A DNA stretch of 64,000 bases, from positions 4,160,001 to 4,224,000 of the forward strand of contig OY781964.1 in assembly GCA_963677485.1 (NCBI GenBank), written 5' to 3'. The translations under genes were made by a program, and so were the position numbers. Below, one piece after another: positions 49,714 through 58,357 of this stretch. Position 1 is the first letter of the stretch. Every line of letters begins with the position of its first letter. Origin of the DNA: Armatimonadota bacterium. GTDB lineage: Bacteria > Armatimonadota > HRBIN16. The notes below the pieces were generated by a model, which was not told the origin of the DNA, did not search any database, and saw nothing but the letters and a program-made list of their open reading frames with translations.

Positions 49714-49782
49714 GAACCCGCGTATTTTACATAAGTAACCGCTTGAGATGGCACGGCAGCTCATACTGTAATTAATACTGTC

Positions 49783-49864
49783 GTAGGGGCGTCCCTTGTG
49801 GACGCCCTCATCGTTGGACATTCGACAGTTTTGGTTTTAGGGCGCCCACAAGGGACGCCCCTAC
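49783..49864. repeat. GTAG-family REPIN (inverted REP doublet)
   Basis: GTAGGGGCGTCCCTTGTGGACGCCCT...AGGGCGCCCACAAGGGACGCCCCTAC. Confidence 0.8.
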
Positions 49865-49949
49865 GACCAGTTACTTACAAACCTGCTGGAGCACTCTGCT
49901 TTTGCAGGCTTTTTCACTAGATATTGGACGAACCATAAGGAGAAACGGA

Positions 49950-50447
49950 ATGGCTGATACCGTTAAGGAACTCGTGTTTACCCGTGCGATCGCCGAAGCC
50001 AAAGGGTTTGGTCTGGAGGTATGCGAGCAAGACGCCAAGCGTCCATGGGGTGGATTCCTGAAATTCACTGAGGCCAGCCTTCCAGCCTTCACTGAGGCCT
50101 ACCTTCAGGGCGTAGAGGTGGACGGCGACTTCGGAAAACGCGACCCCAAGGTTCTGCTGGTGGCTCCCGGGGCCAGGCTCTCGCTGCAACTGCACCATCG
50201 CCGCAGTGAGCTCTGGAGGGTGCTGGACGGGCCTGTGACCATCGTCAGGGGCCATGATGAGGCGAACCTCTCTGAGCGCGTATATCAAAGCGGTGAAGCG
50301 ATCCACTTGTACTGCGGCGAAATCCACCGTTTGTGCGGCGGAGAGAACAACTGGGGCCGTGTGGCGGAGATATGGGAGCACAGCGATGCTTCCAACCCCA
50401 GCAACGAAGCCGACATCGTACGCCTGCAGGACGACTACGCTCGCTGA
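49950..50447 (+). CDS. Cupin-fold protein, mannose-6-phosphate isomerase type II C-terminal-like
   Basis: RPWGG, K.L.V.PG.RLSLQ.H.RR.E.W.V, HRL, E.DIVRLQDDY.R; AAGGAG RBS. Confidence 0.85.
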   Translation: MADTVKELVFTRAIAEAKGFGLEVCEQDAKRPWGGFLKFTEASLPAFTEAYLQGVEVDGDFGKRDPKVLLVAPGARLSLQLHHRRSELWRVLDGPVTIVRGHDEANLSERVYQSGEAIHLYCGEIHRLCGGENNWGRVAEIWEHSDASNPSNEADIVRLQDDYAR

Positions 50448-50469
50448 GAGTATTCCAAACACCTTACAA

Positions 50470-50508
50470 AAGCCCGTTCAGGTTTGCATCTGAGCGGGCA
50501 TTTGTTTG
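50470..50508 (+). terminator. Probable terminator
   Basis: GCCCGTTCAG/CTGAGCGGGC stem followed by ATTTGTTTG. Confidence 0.55.
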
Positions 50509-50625
50509 TGGGGTAACGGCTCAGCTGTGGATGGCTAGAATGGATATCGACCGCGCCGGTGTGGCAGATAGCCGAACCCGTCACACCTGGGCGGGCTTAT
50601 CCAACGCCCGCCGGAACGCGGATTC

Positions 50626-50650
50626 GTAGGGGCGTTTCGCGAAACGCCCT
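50626..50650 (+). repeat. Single GTAG-family REP
   Basis: GTAGGGGCGTTTCGCGAAACGCCCT. Confidence 0.7.
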
Positions 50651-50691
50651 GGGTGACTGTGCCCGTACCGGGACGCAGTCACCTAGGGCTA

Positions 50692-50995
50692 CCGAACCCG
50701 TCGCCATGTGCCTGTGGTATTGATCGCAGGTTATCAGCCACGCTGCTGCGGGTTTAGTCACCCCACGGGACTGTGTCCCTAAACGGGGTTACCTCACCGC
50801 GCGTCTAGGCATATGCAGCCCGCAAGCGGGCGCAGGTGGCCCTCAGTCCGCGCCCGCTGGAGCGAAGCGACGCGGGCAGCCATCTGATCAGCGACGGGTG
50901 ATGGAGCCCCCTGGGGCGATGGAACCCGTCGACGCGGCGCTGATCGGCTCATATCGAAGCCGATCAGCCCCTCATGCCACCGGTTTGGTCACCCA
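50692..50995 (-). repeat. Inverted copy, with degenerate flanking partial copies, of the 229-bp unit
   Basis: Reverse complement of 50722-50934 matches the 28.1-28.8 kb unit; GAACCCGTC recurs at about the unit period. Confidence 0.9.
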
Positions 50996-51045
50996 AAGAA
51001 CCTGCCCGTGCTGACACGGCAGCCCACGCTGTAACGGATACGACC

Positions 51046-51125
51046 GTAGGGCGTCCCTTGTGGGCGCCCTAATCGTTGTTCGTTCGAGAGTTCATGTATA
51101 AGGGCGCCCACAAGAGACGCCCTAC
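51046..51125. repeat. GTAG-family REPIN, homologous to 49783-49864
   Basis: GTAGGGCGTCCCTTGTGGGCGCCCT...AGGGCGCCCACAAGAGACGCCCTAC, with a related internal spacer. Confidence 0.8.
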
Positions 51126-51136
51126 GAACAGGTCGC

Positions 51137-53503
51137 CTACACCCGGTTCATACCGCTCTTCAGGGCGATGCGGCGACTGCCATTTACGTATTCGCCCGTC
51201 ACGCCATCGGGTAACTCGATCAGGGTGTTATTCACGCTGATCCAGCCGTTGGGGTGGGGGATGCGCACATCGATGTCGGAAGACACACCAGGCAGTGGCT
51301 GTATCAGCACCTTCTGGAATCCCGGCGCTGCGGGCCGGATGCCAGCGATGGTGGCTGCAATATGGTAAAGCGGATGGGCCCCCCATGCGTGGCAGTCTGA
51401 CCGGCTAGGCTCCGGTGTTTCGAAGGTGGTGCGGAAGCCGTTAGCCTTGAGTGTGTTCCACAGATCAAGCCGTTTGATGAAGGCGTCACGCGCGCCGATC
51501 TTGTGGTAGGTCTCGAACAGGTAATGGGTGTAATAGATGGTGGTACGAGCCAACACTGGTTCGTTCAGCAGGGCGTGTGCCAGCTTCGCTTCCATCTGTT
51601 CATCTAGCAAGCCGCTGAGTATGGCCAGGCACTGGCTGTGCTCGCTGTAATACTGGTGCTGCAGGTCATCCGACAGCATCTGCCGTTCCTCACTCCAGTA
51701 TGCTTTGAAGATGGCTTCCATGAGCTGTTTCGCGGCATTCTCATCGCGTTCCGCCAACAGCACATCACCCACGCTCCGCTCAATTTCGGCTTTAGCTTGT
51801 AGTGCCAGCACCATCTGAAGGTTGATGGGTGCCACCGTGCCGAAGTCGCCGGTGAAGGGCACACCGGTAATCCACAGGGGCTGGTCGACCCAGTCCACGA
51901 AGTTCCACCCCCGAGGCGCGTCGATTAAGCCGTCTTCACGTAGCAACCCACGGAAGTATTCCATGATCGCCCGCGCGCCAGGAAGCAGGCCACGCACGAA
52001 CTCCGGGTCGTTCCGCCACATCATGAAGTCATGAGCCATGCAGACCCACCAGAGCGAGAAGGGCGGAATCACCTGCGTGATTCGGCTGGGGTACCGCGAC
52101 TGGGTGAGCCCGTTGTTTCGGCGTGACTGGTCGAACGTCACCAGGGCTTTCCGGGGAAGGCGGTCATCGTGCGACAACACATGTGTGACCAGGGCTTCCA
52201 GACGGGTGTCGCCCACGTACATATACTGCTCGTAGTAGGGGCAGTCCATGTAGGTTTCGTGCATGCACATCTGCTCTGCTCTGACCATCAGCGGCACAGC
52301 GGCTTGCAGCTCTGCCATGCCTGTCTCTAGGTTGCCTTCTGGCTTGATGGGGTAACGGGTCTCTTCCAACAGCAGCTTTTCGATACACAGAGGCTCTTGT
52401 TGGGTAGTGACTGTGACCTCCACATAACGGCCGGCTTGCCACCAAAGGGGATGCAATGTCACATTTTGGCCATTACCGATATAGGTATCGCCCTCACCCA
52501 GGAAATACATGCCCTCGATCTTGTCCCTGTTCTCCTTCACGCCGCCTTCGGGTTTGTTGAACAGGGCTTCGGCAGTTTTTATGCTAACAACGGCATCTGC
52601 TCCGCCGTTTATGGTGAGCTGGGCGTAGAAGCAGGCGTAGTTGTCCAGGTCAAACAGCACAGTTTGGGTCGTATTTGCTGGGATGGTAAGCTGGCTGGTA
52701 CCGTCGCTGAGTGACTGCCAAGACTTCACCAAACTAGGGTCATTTTGTGATGCGTTTGCCGGATATGGCTTGGCAGATGTAGTCGCCAACCGCACTGTAC
52801 CCGGGGCCATATTCTGACTGAGCATGGCCGGAAGCATCGCAGGTCGAAGCAGCCAGAAGGGCTGTATCTCATTCTTCCATTCCGCGCACATCCCGGGACA
52901 TATCGTCACGGTATTGACCAGGTTGTCAGATACCCCTTGCATCCAGTTGGCTGGGAACTGCCTTGCGTCAATTTTGAACCTACAGCCGGTGACGATGGTG
53001 GGGCCGGTGGGTATCCAGTCGATGCCGTCCAGGATCGTCGCCTTCCAGTCGCCCTTGCCGGTGGATACGAGATCACCAATTGCGCCTTCTGCGGCCAGAA
53101 GGAATCCGGGGCGGATACTGCACTGCGCCCATGGGGCCAGGTTGTTCAGCCACCAGCTCAAGGCGCATATGCGGTGCTTGCCAGCGGACAGCTCTATTTC
53201 GTGGCTTTCGTAGTACCAGTTCAGTGCATCGCCGCGCTCTGGTCCCATCCCGATTCTCGCACCATCTACCGCCAGCATATAGCGATGGTCTGCGGTGACA
53301 TGCAGCTTCAATGTCTGAGCGGTGTCGAGTTCGAAGTCAAGTTGGAACAGCGCCACCGATGGCTCCACTTGCGAGCGGGTGGGGTGATCAATCCATTGGG
53401 CGGGCCAATCCCCATATGATGGCCAGCCCCAGTCCATGGGGGTCGGATCCTGGCGTCTTGCATGGTTGACGAATGGGTCATTTGTGACTTGGATACGCGA
53501 CAT
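51137..53503 (-). CDS. Alpha-L-rhamnosidase (GH78)
   Basis: VTADHRY.L.VDG, ETYMDCPYYEQ..YVGD.RLE, NFVDW, TTFE...SRSDCHAWGAHP, GIRP..PGF..V.I.P. Confidence 0.9.
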   Translation of the reverse strand: MSRIQVTNDPFVNHARRQDPTPMDWGWPSYGDWPAQWIDHPTRSQVEPSVALFQLDFELDTAQTLKLHVTADHRYMLAVDGARIGMGPERGDALNWYYESHEIELSAGKHRICALSWWLNNLAPWAQCSIRPGFLLAAEGAIGDLVSTGKGDWKATILDGIDWIPTGPTIVTGCRFKIDARQFPANWMQGVSDNLVNTVTICPGMCAEWKNEIQPFWLLRPAMLPAMLSQNMAPGTVRLATTSAKPYPANASQNDPSLVKSWQSLSDGTSQLTIPANTTQTVLFDLDNYACFYAQLTINGGADAVVSIKTAEALFNKPEGGVKENRDKIEGMYFLGEGDTYIGNGQNVTLHPLWWQAGRYVEVTVTTQQEPLCIEKLLLEETRYPIKPEGNLETGMAELQAAVPLMVRAEQMCMHETYMDCPYYEQYMYVGDTRLEALVTHVLSHDDRLPRKALVTFDQSRRNNGLTQSRYPSRITQVIPPFSLWWVCMAHDFMMWRNDPEFVRGLLPGARAIMEYFRGLLREDGLIDAPRGWNFVDWVDQPLWITGVPFTGDFGTVAPINLQMVLALQAKAEIERSVGDVLLAERDENAAKQLMEAIFKAYWSEERQMLSDDLQHQYYSEHSQCLAILSGLLDEQMEAKLAHALLNEPVLARTTIYYTHYLFETYHKIGARDAFIKRLDLWNTLKANGFRTTFETPEPSRSDCHAWGAHPLYHIAATIAGIRPAAPGFQKVLIQPLPGVSSDIDVRIPHPNGWISVNNTLIELPDGVTGEYVNGSRRIALKSGMNRV

Positions 53504-53599
53504 ATATTACCTCTGTGATCTGACAGTCATATACATTTTATCCTGCGAAGCGGAGTGTATAGTAGGGTAAATCGGGTAGATTCTAAGTAGAGGTGCATC

Positions 53600-54319
53600 A
53601 TGAAGAGGCAAATTATCATATTTGCATTGTTGTTATTGCTTTCCACTGCAATAACAGCGGAACCTGCCGCTTGGCCGAGTTTGAAGAAGCCAGAGGATAG
53701 TAAATCTGCGGCAAAGGATAAAGCCGCGACTGGTAGTATGTCGAAAAAGGACACTGCCACCACTTCCGCCAAACCCAAGAAGGCCAAAGCAGTCGTCAAA
53801 CCCACTGAAGATAATAGACGCTCTTTAGTTGATGCACCGAAGGCGAACCAGGTTAAGCCGGTTCCCGGTCAGTCGCCTGGAGTGGTCGACTTCATGCAAC
53901 CTCCCGTCTGGGCGGACCCCAACTACGGCAAGCCTGTGGAGAACACACTTCCTGGGTTTATGCAGCCTGATATACTGAACCCCAAAACCAGTGAAAGACA
54001 GTCTACCGATGCCCGGCAAAAAGCTGACACCCTGGGCAGCAGCATTTTTTTCGACAAAACTGGCCCGTCACCCGCATGGATGCTGCCGTCAACTTCGGCA
54101 AGCACAACACCCGATTACACACAGAGTCTAACTCCATCGCGGAAGCTTGATCTCGGCTGGTCTAGCCCCAAGTTGAGTGATGGCCTACCGGGTTGGCGCA
54201 TGAACACCCCCAGTCTGGACACTCCGAATATGCGCATTCTGCGCAGCCAGAACGACTACCAGCAGGGGCGTGACAGCCTGGAACAGCTTTATCAACGGTG
54301 GGCACCGGTAAAGAAATAG
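53600..54319 (+). CDS. Hypothetical secreted protein, Pro/Lys/Ser-rich
   Basis: Signal peptide, GAGGTG RBS. Confidence 0.55.
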   Translation: MKRQIIIFALLLLLSTAITAEPAAWPSLKKPEDSKSAAKDKAATGSMSKKDTATTSAKPKKAKAVVKPTEDNRRSLVDAPKANQVKPVPGQSPGVVDFMQPPVWADPNYGKPVENTLPGFMQPDILNPKTSERQSTDARQKADTLGSSIFFDKTGPSPAWMLPSTSASTTPDYTQSLTPSRKLDLGWSSPKLSDGLPGWRMNTPSLDTPNMRILRSQNDYQQGRDSLEQLYQRWAPVKK

Positions 54320-54354
54320 GCCGCCTGAGCGTGATATAATATTATAGCCAGCGC

Positions 54355-54430
54355 GCCCTTGTAGCTCAGTGGATAGAGCGCCTCCGTCCTAAGGAGGGCG
54401 TCGGGGGTTCGATTCCCTCCGAGGGCGCCA
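54355..54430 (+). tRNA. tRNA-Arg (CCT)
   Basis: Cloverleaf: GCCCTTG/CGAGGGC acceptor, GCTC/GAGC D-arm, CCTCC-GTCCTAA-GGAGG anticodon arm, GGTTCGATTCC T-loop, encoded CCA. Extended -10 TGATATAAT at 54332-54340. Confidence 0.95.
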
Positions 54431-54521
54431 TTTGATTTATGACTGTCTCACTGCACCGCATGGGGCATACGTCTCTACCGCTTCTCATCACCCCCTTAGA
54501 GCACATCACAAACAATCGCGG

Positions 54522-54550
54522 TTGATATTAGCCACCTCAAGCCGTATTAT
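54522..54550 (+). promoter_or_regulatory. Sigma70-type promoter upstream of the tryptophanase gene
   Basis: TTGATA-N17-TATTAT. Confidence 0.55.
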
Positions 54551-54714
54551 GTAATTTGGGTTATTTGGTGAGCACGTCTATTTAGACATAACACTCGCCA
54601 ATATTGCCGTCGCGGGTGGCCATGTGTTTTATCACCACGGCTGCACCCAAACACAGCTAACTGTGTGAAACCACGGCAAACTAATCACCTATACACTTTT
54701 TGGAGGACTCCTAG

Positions 54715-56160
54715 TTGAACGTCAAGCTAACATCGGGCAAGATGCTGCCCATCGAGATGCACAAGGTCCGTATCGTGCAGAAGGCCAATCTAAAGCCTAT
54801 TGATCGACGGCTGGAGGCCATCACCGAAGCAGGGCACAATACTTTCCTGCTGAACACCCGTGATATCTTTATTGATATGCTGACTGACAGCGGCACTAAC
54901 GCGATGAGCGATAACCAGTTGGCCGCCATGATGGTGGCTGACGACGCATATGCCGGTGGCGAGAGCTACTATAAGATGGGCGACGCCATCAAAGACATTC
55001 TGGGCTTTAAGAACTACGTGCCAGCTCACCAGGGACGCGCCTGCGAGCACCTTCTGGCGAAGATGTTTGTCAAACCGGGAACCGTCATCCCCATGAACTA
55101 TCACTTCACCACCACCAAAGCGCACTTCGAGATGCATGGCGGAAAAGTGCTGGAAATCTACTGTGATGACGCCCTTGAGACCTGCAGCACCAACCCATTC
55201 AAAGGCAACATGGACCTCGTAAAATTCCAGAAGGTCATTGATGACTACGGTACCGAAAAAATCCCGTTCGTGCGTATGGAAGCCACGACCAACCTGATCG
55301 GTGGACAGCCTTTCAGCTTGAATAACCTCAAAGCCGTCAGCAAAATGGCACGAGCCAACGGTATCCCTGTCATCATCGACTGCAGTCTGATCTCTGAGAA
55401 CGCCTACTTCATCAAACGACGTGAAGCCGACTACATGGATTGCACAATCGGCGAGATCGTGCTTGACATGATGGCTCAGGCTGACCTCATCTATGCATCA
55501 GGCCGCAAGAGCACCTGTGTCCGCGGTGGATTTATCGCCACGAATGACGACAGCTATTTCAACATGCTGAAAGAGCTTTTGCCGATTTACGAGGGCTTCA
55601 TCACCTACGGTGGTATGAGCTCCAAAGAGATCGAAGCGATGGCCGTGGGCCTGCGTGAGATGGTTGACATCGACGTGGCTAGCAGCTCCGCTGACCTGAT
55701 CCAATACTTCGTAGACCGCATGGTGGAATGCGGGTTGCCTGCCGTCACTCCTGCTGGCGGACTGGCCGGGCATATTGATGCGATGAAGTTCGTGGGACAT
55801 ATTCCGCAGCTTCAGTATCCCGCTGGTGCACTCGCCGCTGCGCTGTATGTGGTCTCCGGTGTTCGTTCCATGGAGCGAGGTACCATTAGCATGGAACGCG
55901 ATGAGAACGGGAACGAAGTGCCGAGTGATCTGGAACTGGTGCGTATGGCTGTACCCCGACGTGTTTATAGCATAAGCCACATGGAGTATGTGACCGACCG
56001 TTTGGCATGGCTGTGGGCGCACCGTGAGATGATCGGTGGATTGAAGTTCACTTACGAGCCGCCAATCCTGCGCTTCTTCACGGGCAAGATGGAAGCCATT
56101 GACAACTGGACTACCAAATTGGCCGATGCCTACAAGGCTGATTTCGGTTCGGAAGCCTAG
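54715..56160 (+). CDS. tnaA: Tryptophanase / tyrosine phenol-lyase family (beta-eliminating lyase)
   Basis: AG.NTFLL, IDMLTDSGT.AMS, D.AYAG, HQGR.CE, HFTTT, FKGN.D, GGQP.S, YEGF.TYGG, ERG, LELVR.A.PRRVY, LRFF. Confidence 0.85.
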   Translation: MNVKLTSGKMLPIEMHKVRIVQKANLKPIDRRLEAITEAGHNTFLLNTRDIFIDMLTDSGTNAMSDNQLAAMMVADDAYAGGESYYKMGDAIKDILGFKNYVPAHQGRACEHLLAKMFVKPGTVIPMNYHFTTTKAHFEMHGGKVLEIYCDDALETCSTNPFKGNMDLVKFQKVIDDYGTEKIPFVRMEATTNLIGGQPFSLNNLKAVSKMARANGIPVIIDCSLISENAYFIKRREADYMDCTIGEIVLDMMAQADLIYASGRKSTCVRGGFIATNDDSYFNMLKELLPIYEGFITYGGMSSKEIEAMAVGLREMVDIDVASSSADLIQYFVDRMVECGLPAVTPAGGLAGHIDAMKFVGHIPQLQYPAGALAAALYVVSGVRSMERGTISMERDENGNEVPSDLELVRMAVPRRVYSISHMEYVTDRLAWLWAHREMIGGLKFTYEPPILRFFTGKMEAIDNWTTKLADAYKADFGSEA

Positions 56161-56176
56161 TTTTCGATCGTCAATC

Positions 56177-56212
56177 ACGCCCGAGCAAGCATCCGCTAGC
56201 TCGGGCGTTTTT
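56177..56212 (+). terminator. Intrinsic terminator
   Basis: ACGCCCGAGC/GCTCGGGCGT stem followed by a T run. Confidence 0.8.
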
Positions 56213-56315
56213 ATTGGTAAACACTACCCCGTGTAGGAACTGATGCTTCTGGCGGGGTAAAATAACCAAGTGGCTCGTTGTAATCAACCGTAATTTAAAC
56301 ATGAGGGGGATCATT

Positions 56316-57722
56316 ATGCATAATCCAGAATTTGCCGCAGTGGTGATGGCTGCGGGTAAGAGTACTCGGATGAAATCACGTCTACCAAAGCCGCTGCACC
56401 AACTGTGTGGTCAGAGTTTGCTGAGTTACATTCTGGAGGCTTGCCAGTCAGCGGGTGCCAGCCGCAAGGTGGTGATTGTAGGCCATGGGGCGGAGATGGT
56501 GAAAGAGGCGATGGGTGAAGGCCTGGACTACGCCCTGCAGGCAGAGCAAAAAGGCACCGGCCACGCGGTGATGATGACCCGTGGACACCTTCTGGATTTC
56601 CATGGTGACGTGCTTGTATTGCCTGGTGATGTTCCCCTGATCACTAGCGATGTGTTGGTGAATTTTATCGAGTATCACCGGCAGTCAGGGGCGATGGCCA
56701 CACTGTTGAGTGCTGTCTTGCCGCACGATGCCGGTAGCTATGGCCGCATCCTGCGCGACGAGGCCGATCATGTGCTGGGTATTGTGGAGGCCAAAGATGC
56801 CACACCCGAGCAGATGCAGGTCAGGGAAATCAACTCCTCTATCTACGTGTTCAACGGACCGCTTCTGTATGAGGCGCTTGGCTGCCTGAAGAACGACAAC
56901 GCTCAGGGTGAATACTACCTCACCGATGTGGTCGGCTGGATGCGTGAGCAGGGCCACAAGGTAGATGCCTGGATAAGCCCGGACTGGGAAGTGATACTGG
57001 GTATGAATACCCGTGTGGAGCTGGCTGATCTGACCGCGAAACTGCAGAAGCGCATATTGAACAAGCTAATGCTGGACGGCGTAACCATTGTGGACCCGGC
57101 GAACACATACATCGACGCGAATGTGAAGATCGGTGAAGACACCATCATTCAGCCTGGCTGCCATATTCACGGTCATACGGTGATTGGTGAGCTTTGCGTG
57201 ATCGGACCGAATACTCGGCTGACGGATGCCGCAATCGCTGCCAACTGTGAAGTCGCTTTTTCGCAGATCAACGGCAGCGAACTGAAGCAGGACGTGACCG
57301 TAGGGCCGTTTGCGAATATCCGCCCCAACTGCGTGGTGGGCGCCAAGTGCAAAATCGGCGACTTTGTGGAGTTGAAGGGAACCGTGCTTGAGGACCACGT
57401 CTCAGCGGGTCACCTCAGCTATCTAGGTGATGCCGAGGTTGGCGCAGGCACCAATATCGGCGCAGGAACCATCACCTGCAACTACGATGGTGTACGTAAA
57501 CACCGCACGCGCATCGGCAAGCGGTGCTTCGTGGGCTCCCATAGCACTCTGGTAGCGCCTGTCCAATTGGGTAACGAAGTCATCACAGCCGCCGGCAGTA
57601 CGATCACGGAGGACGTGGCCGACAGCACTCTGGCCATTGGACGCTCTCGGCAGCTCAACAAAGAGGGCTGGGTGGCGCTCAACCGTGAGAAACACTTCAA
57701 AAAGGAGCCACACCAAGCGTGA
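56316..57722 (+). CDS. glmU: Bifunctional UDP-GlcNAc pyrophosphorylase / glucosamine-1-phosphate acetyltransferase
   Basis: AAGK.TRMKS..PK.LH, GTGHAV, GDVPL, YGRI, N.NAQGEYYLTD, HLSYLGDA, NIGAGTITCNYDG. Confidence 0.97.
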   Translation: MHNPEFAAVVMAAGKSTRMKSRLPKPLHQLCGQSLLSYILEACQSAGASRKVVIVGHGAEMVKEAMGEGLDYALQAEQKGTGHAVMMTRGHLLDFHGDVLVLPGDVPLITSDVLVNFIEYHRQSGAMATLLSAVLPHDAGSYGRILRDEADHVLGIVEAKDATPEQMQVREINSSIYVFNGPLLYEALGCLKNDNAQGEYYLTDVVGWMREQGHKVDAWISPDWEVILGMNTRVELADLTAKLQKRILNKLMLDGVTIVDPANTYIDANVKIGEDTIIQPGCHIHGHTVIGELCVIGPNTRLTDAAIAANCEVAFSQINGSELKQDVTVGPFANIRPNCVVGAKCKIGDFVELKGTVLEDHVSAGHLSYLGDAEVGAGTNIGAGTITCNYDGVRKHRTRIGKRCFVGSHSTLVAPVQLGNEVITAAGSTITEDVADSTLAIGRSRQLNKEGWVALNREKHFKKEPHQA

Positions 57723-58342
57723 GCTTTTTCAAACGCTTAAGAACTCAGCCTTCAGAAAAACTGCGTCCCGAGTGGGTGGTGGCTGGCCTTGGTAATCCCG
57801 GGCCTGAATACGCCCACACACGCCACAACGCCGGTTTCGATGTGATCCATCATATGGTGCGCCGATATGCTGTACAGCTAAGGCCTGGTCATGACGACGC
57901 CCGTTTGGCTTTGGCCAAAGTGGGGGATGTACCTGCACTGCTCAGCACACCCATCACATTTATGAACCGCAGCGGGGTTTCCGTCAGCAAGTCATTAACT
58001 CGGTATAAACTGGGGGCAGACAAGCTGATCGTGCTGGTGGACGATGTGGCCTTGCCGATCGGCCGGCTGCGAATCCGTCTAGAAGGCTCCGCTGGCGGGC
58101 ATAACGGCTTGAAGTCCATTATTGCCATGTTGGGAACACAAGAATTCATACGGATTCGGGTAGGAGTCGGCGACCCGGGTGGCGAAAATATGATAGACCA
58201 CGTGTTGGGTCCTTTTTCCGGATCCGAACGTCAGGCACTGATACCGGCACTACATGCCGCCGCAGATGCAGTGGAGATGATACTCACTGACGGTGTGGAT
58301 GCGGCAATGAATAAGTATAATAACAAGAGCTTTTCGCTTTAG
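57719..58342 (+). CDS. pth: Peptidyl-tRNA hydrolase
   Basis: GLGNPGPEY..TRHN.GF, TFMN.SG, GSAGGHNGLKSI, RIRVGV, VL..F. Confidence 0.96.
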   Translation: MSFFKRLRTQPSEKLRPEWVVAGLGNPGPEYAHTRHNAGFDVIHHMVRRYAVQLRPGHDDARLALAKVGDVPALLSTPITFMNRSGVSVSKSLTRYKLGADKLIVLVDDVALPIGRLRIRLEGSAGGHNGLKSIIAMLGTQEFIRIRVGVGDPGGENMIDHVLGPFSGSERQALIPALHAAADAVEMILTDGVDAAMNKYNNKSFSL

Positions 58343-58357
58343 TCTCGGAGGTACCGC

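Noticed and set aside
54400-54715. Genomic island integrated at tRNA-Arg
   Set aside because: No integrase and no duplicated tRNA 3' end found in the window.
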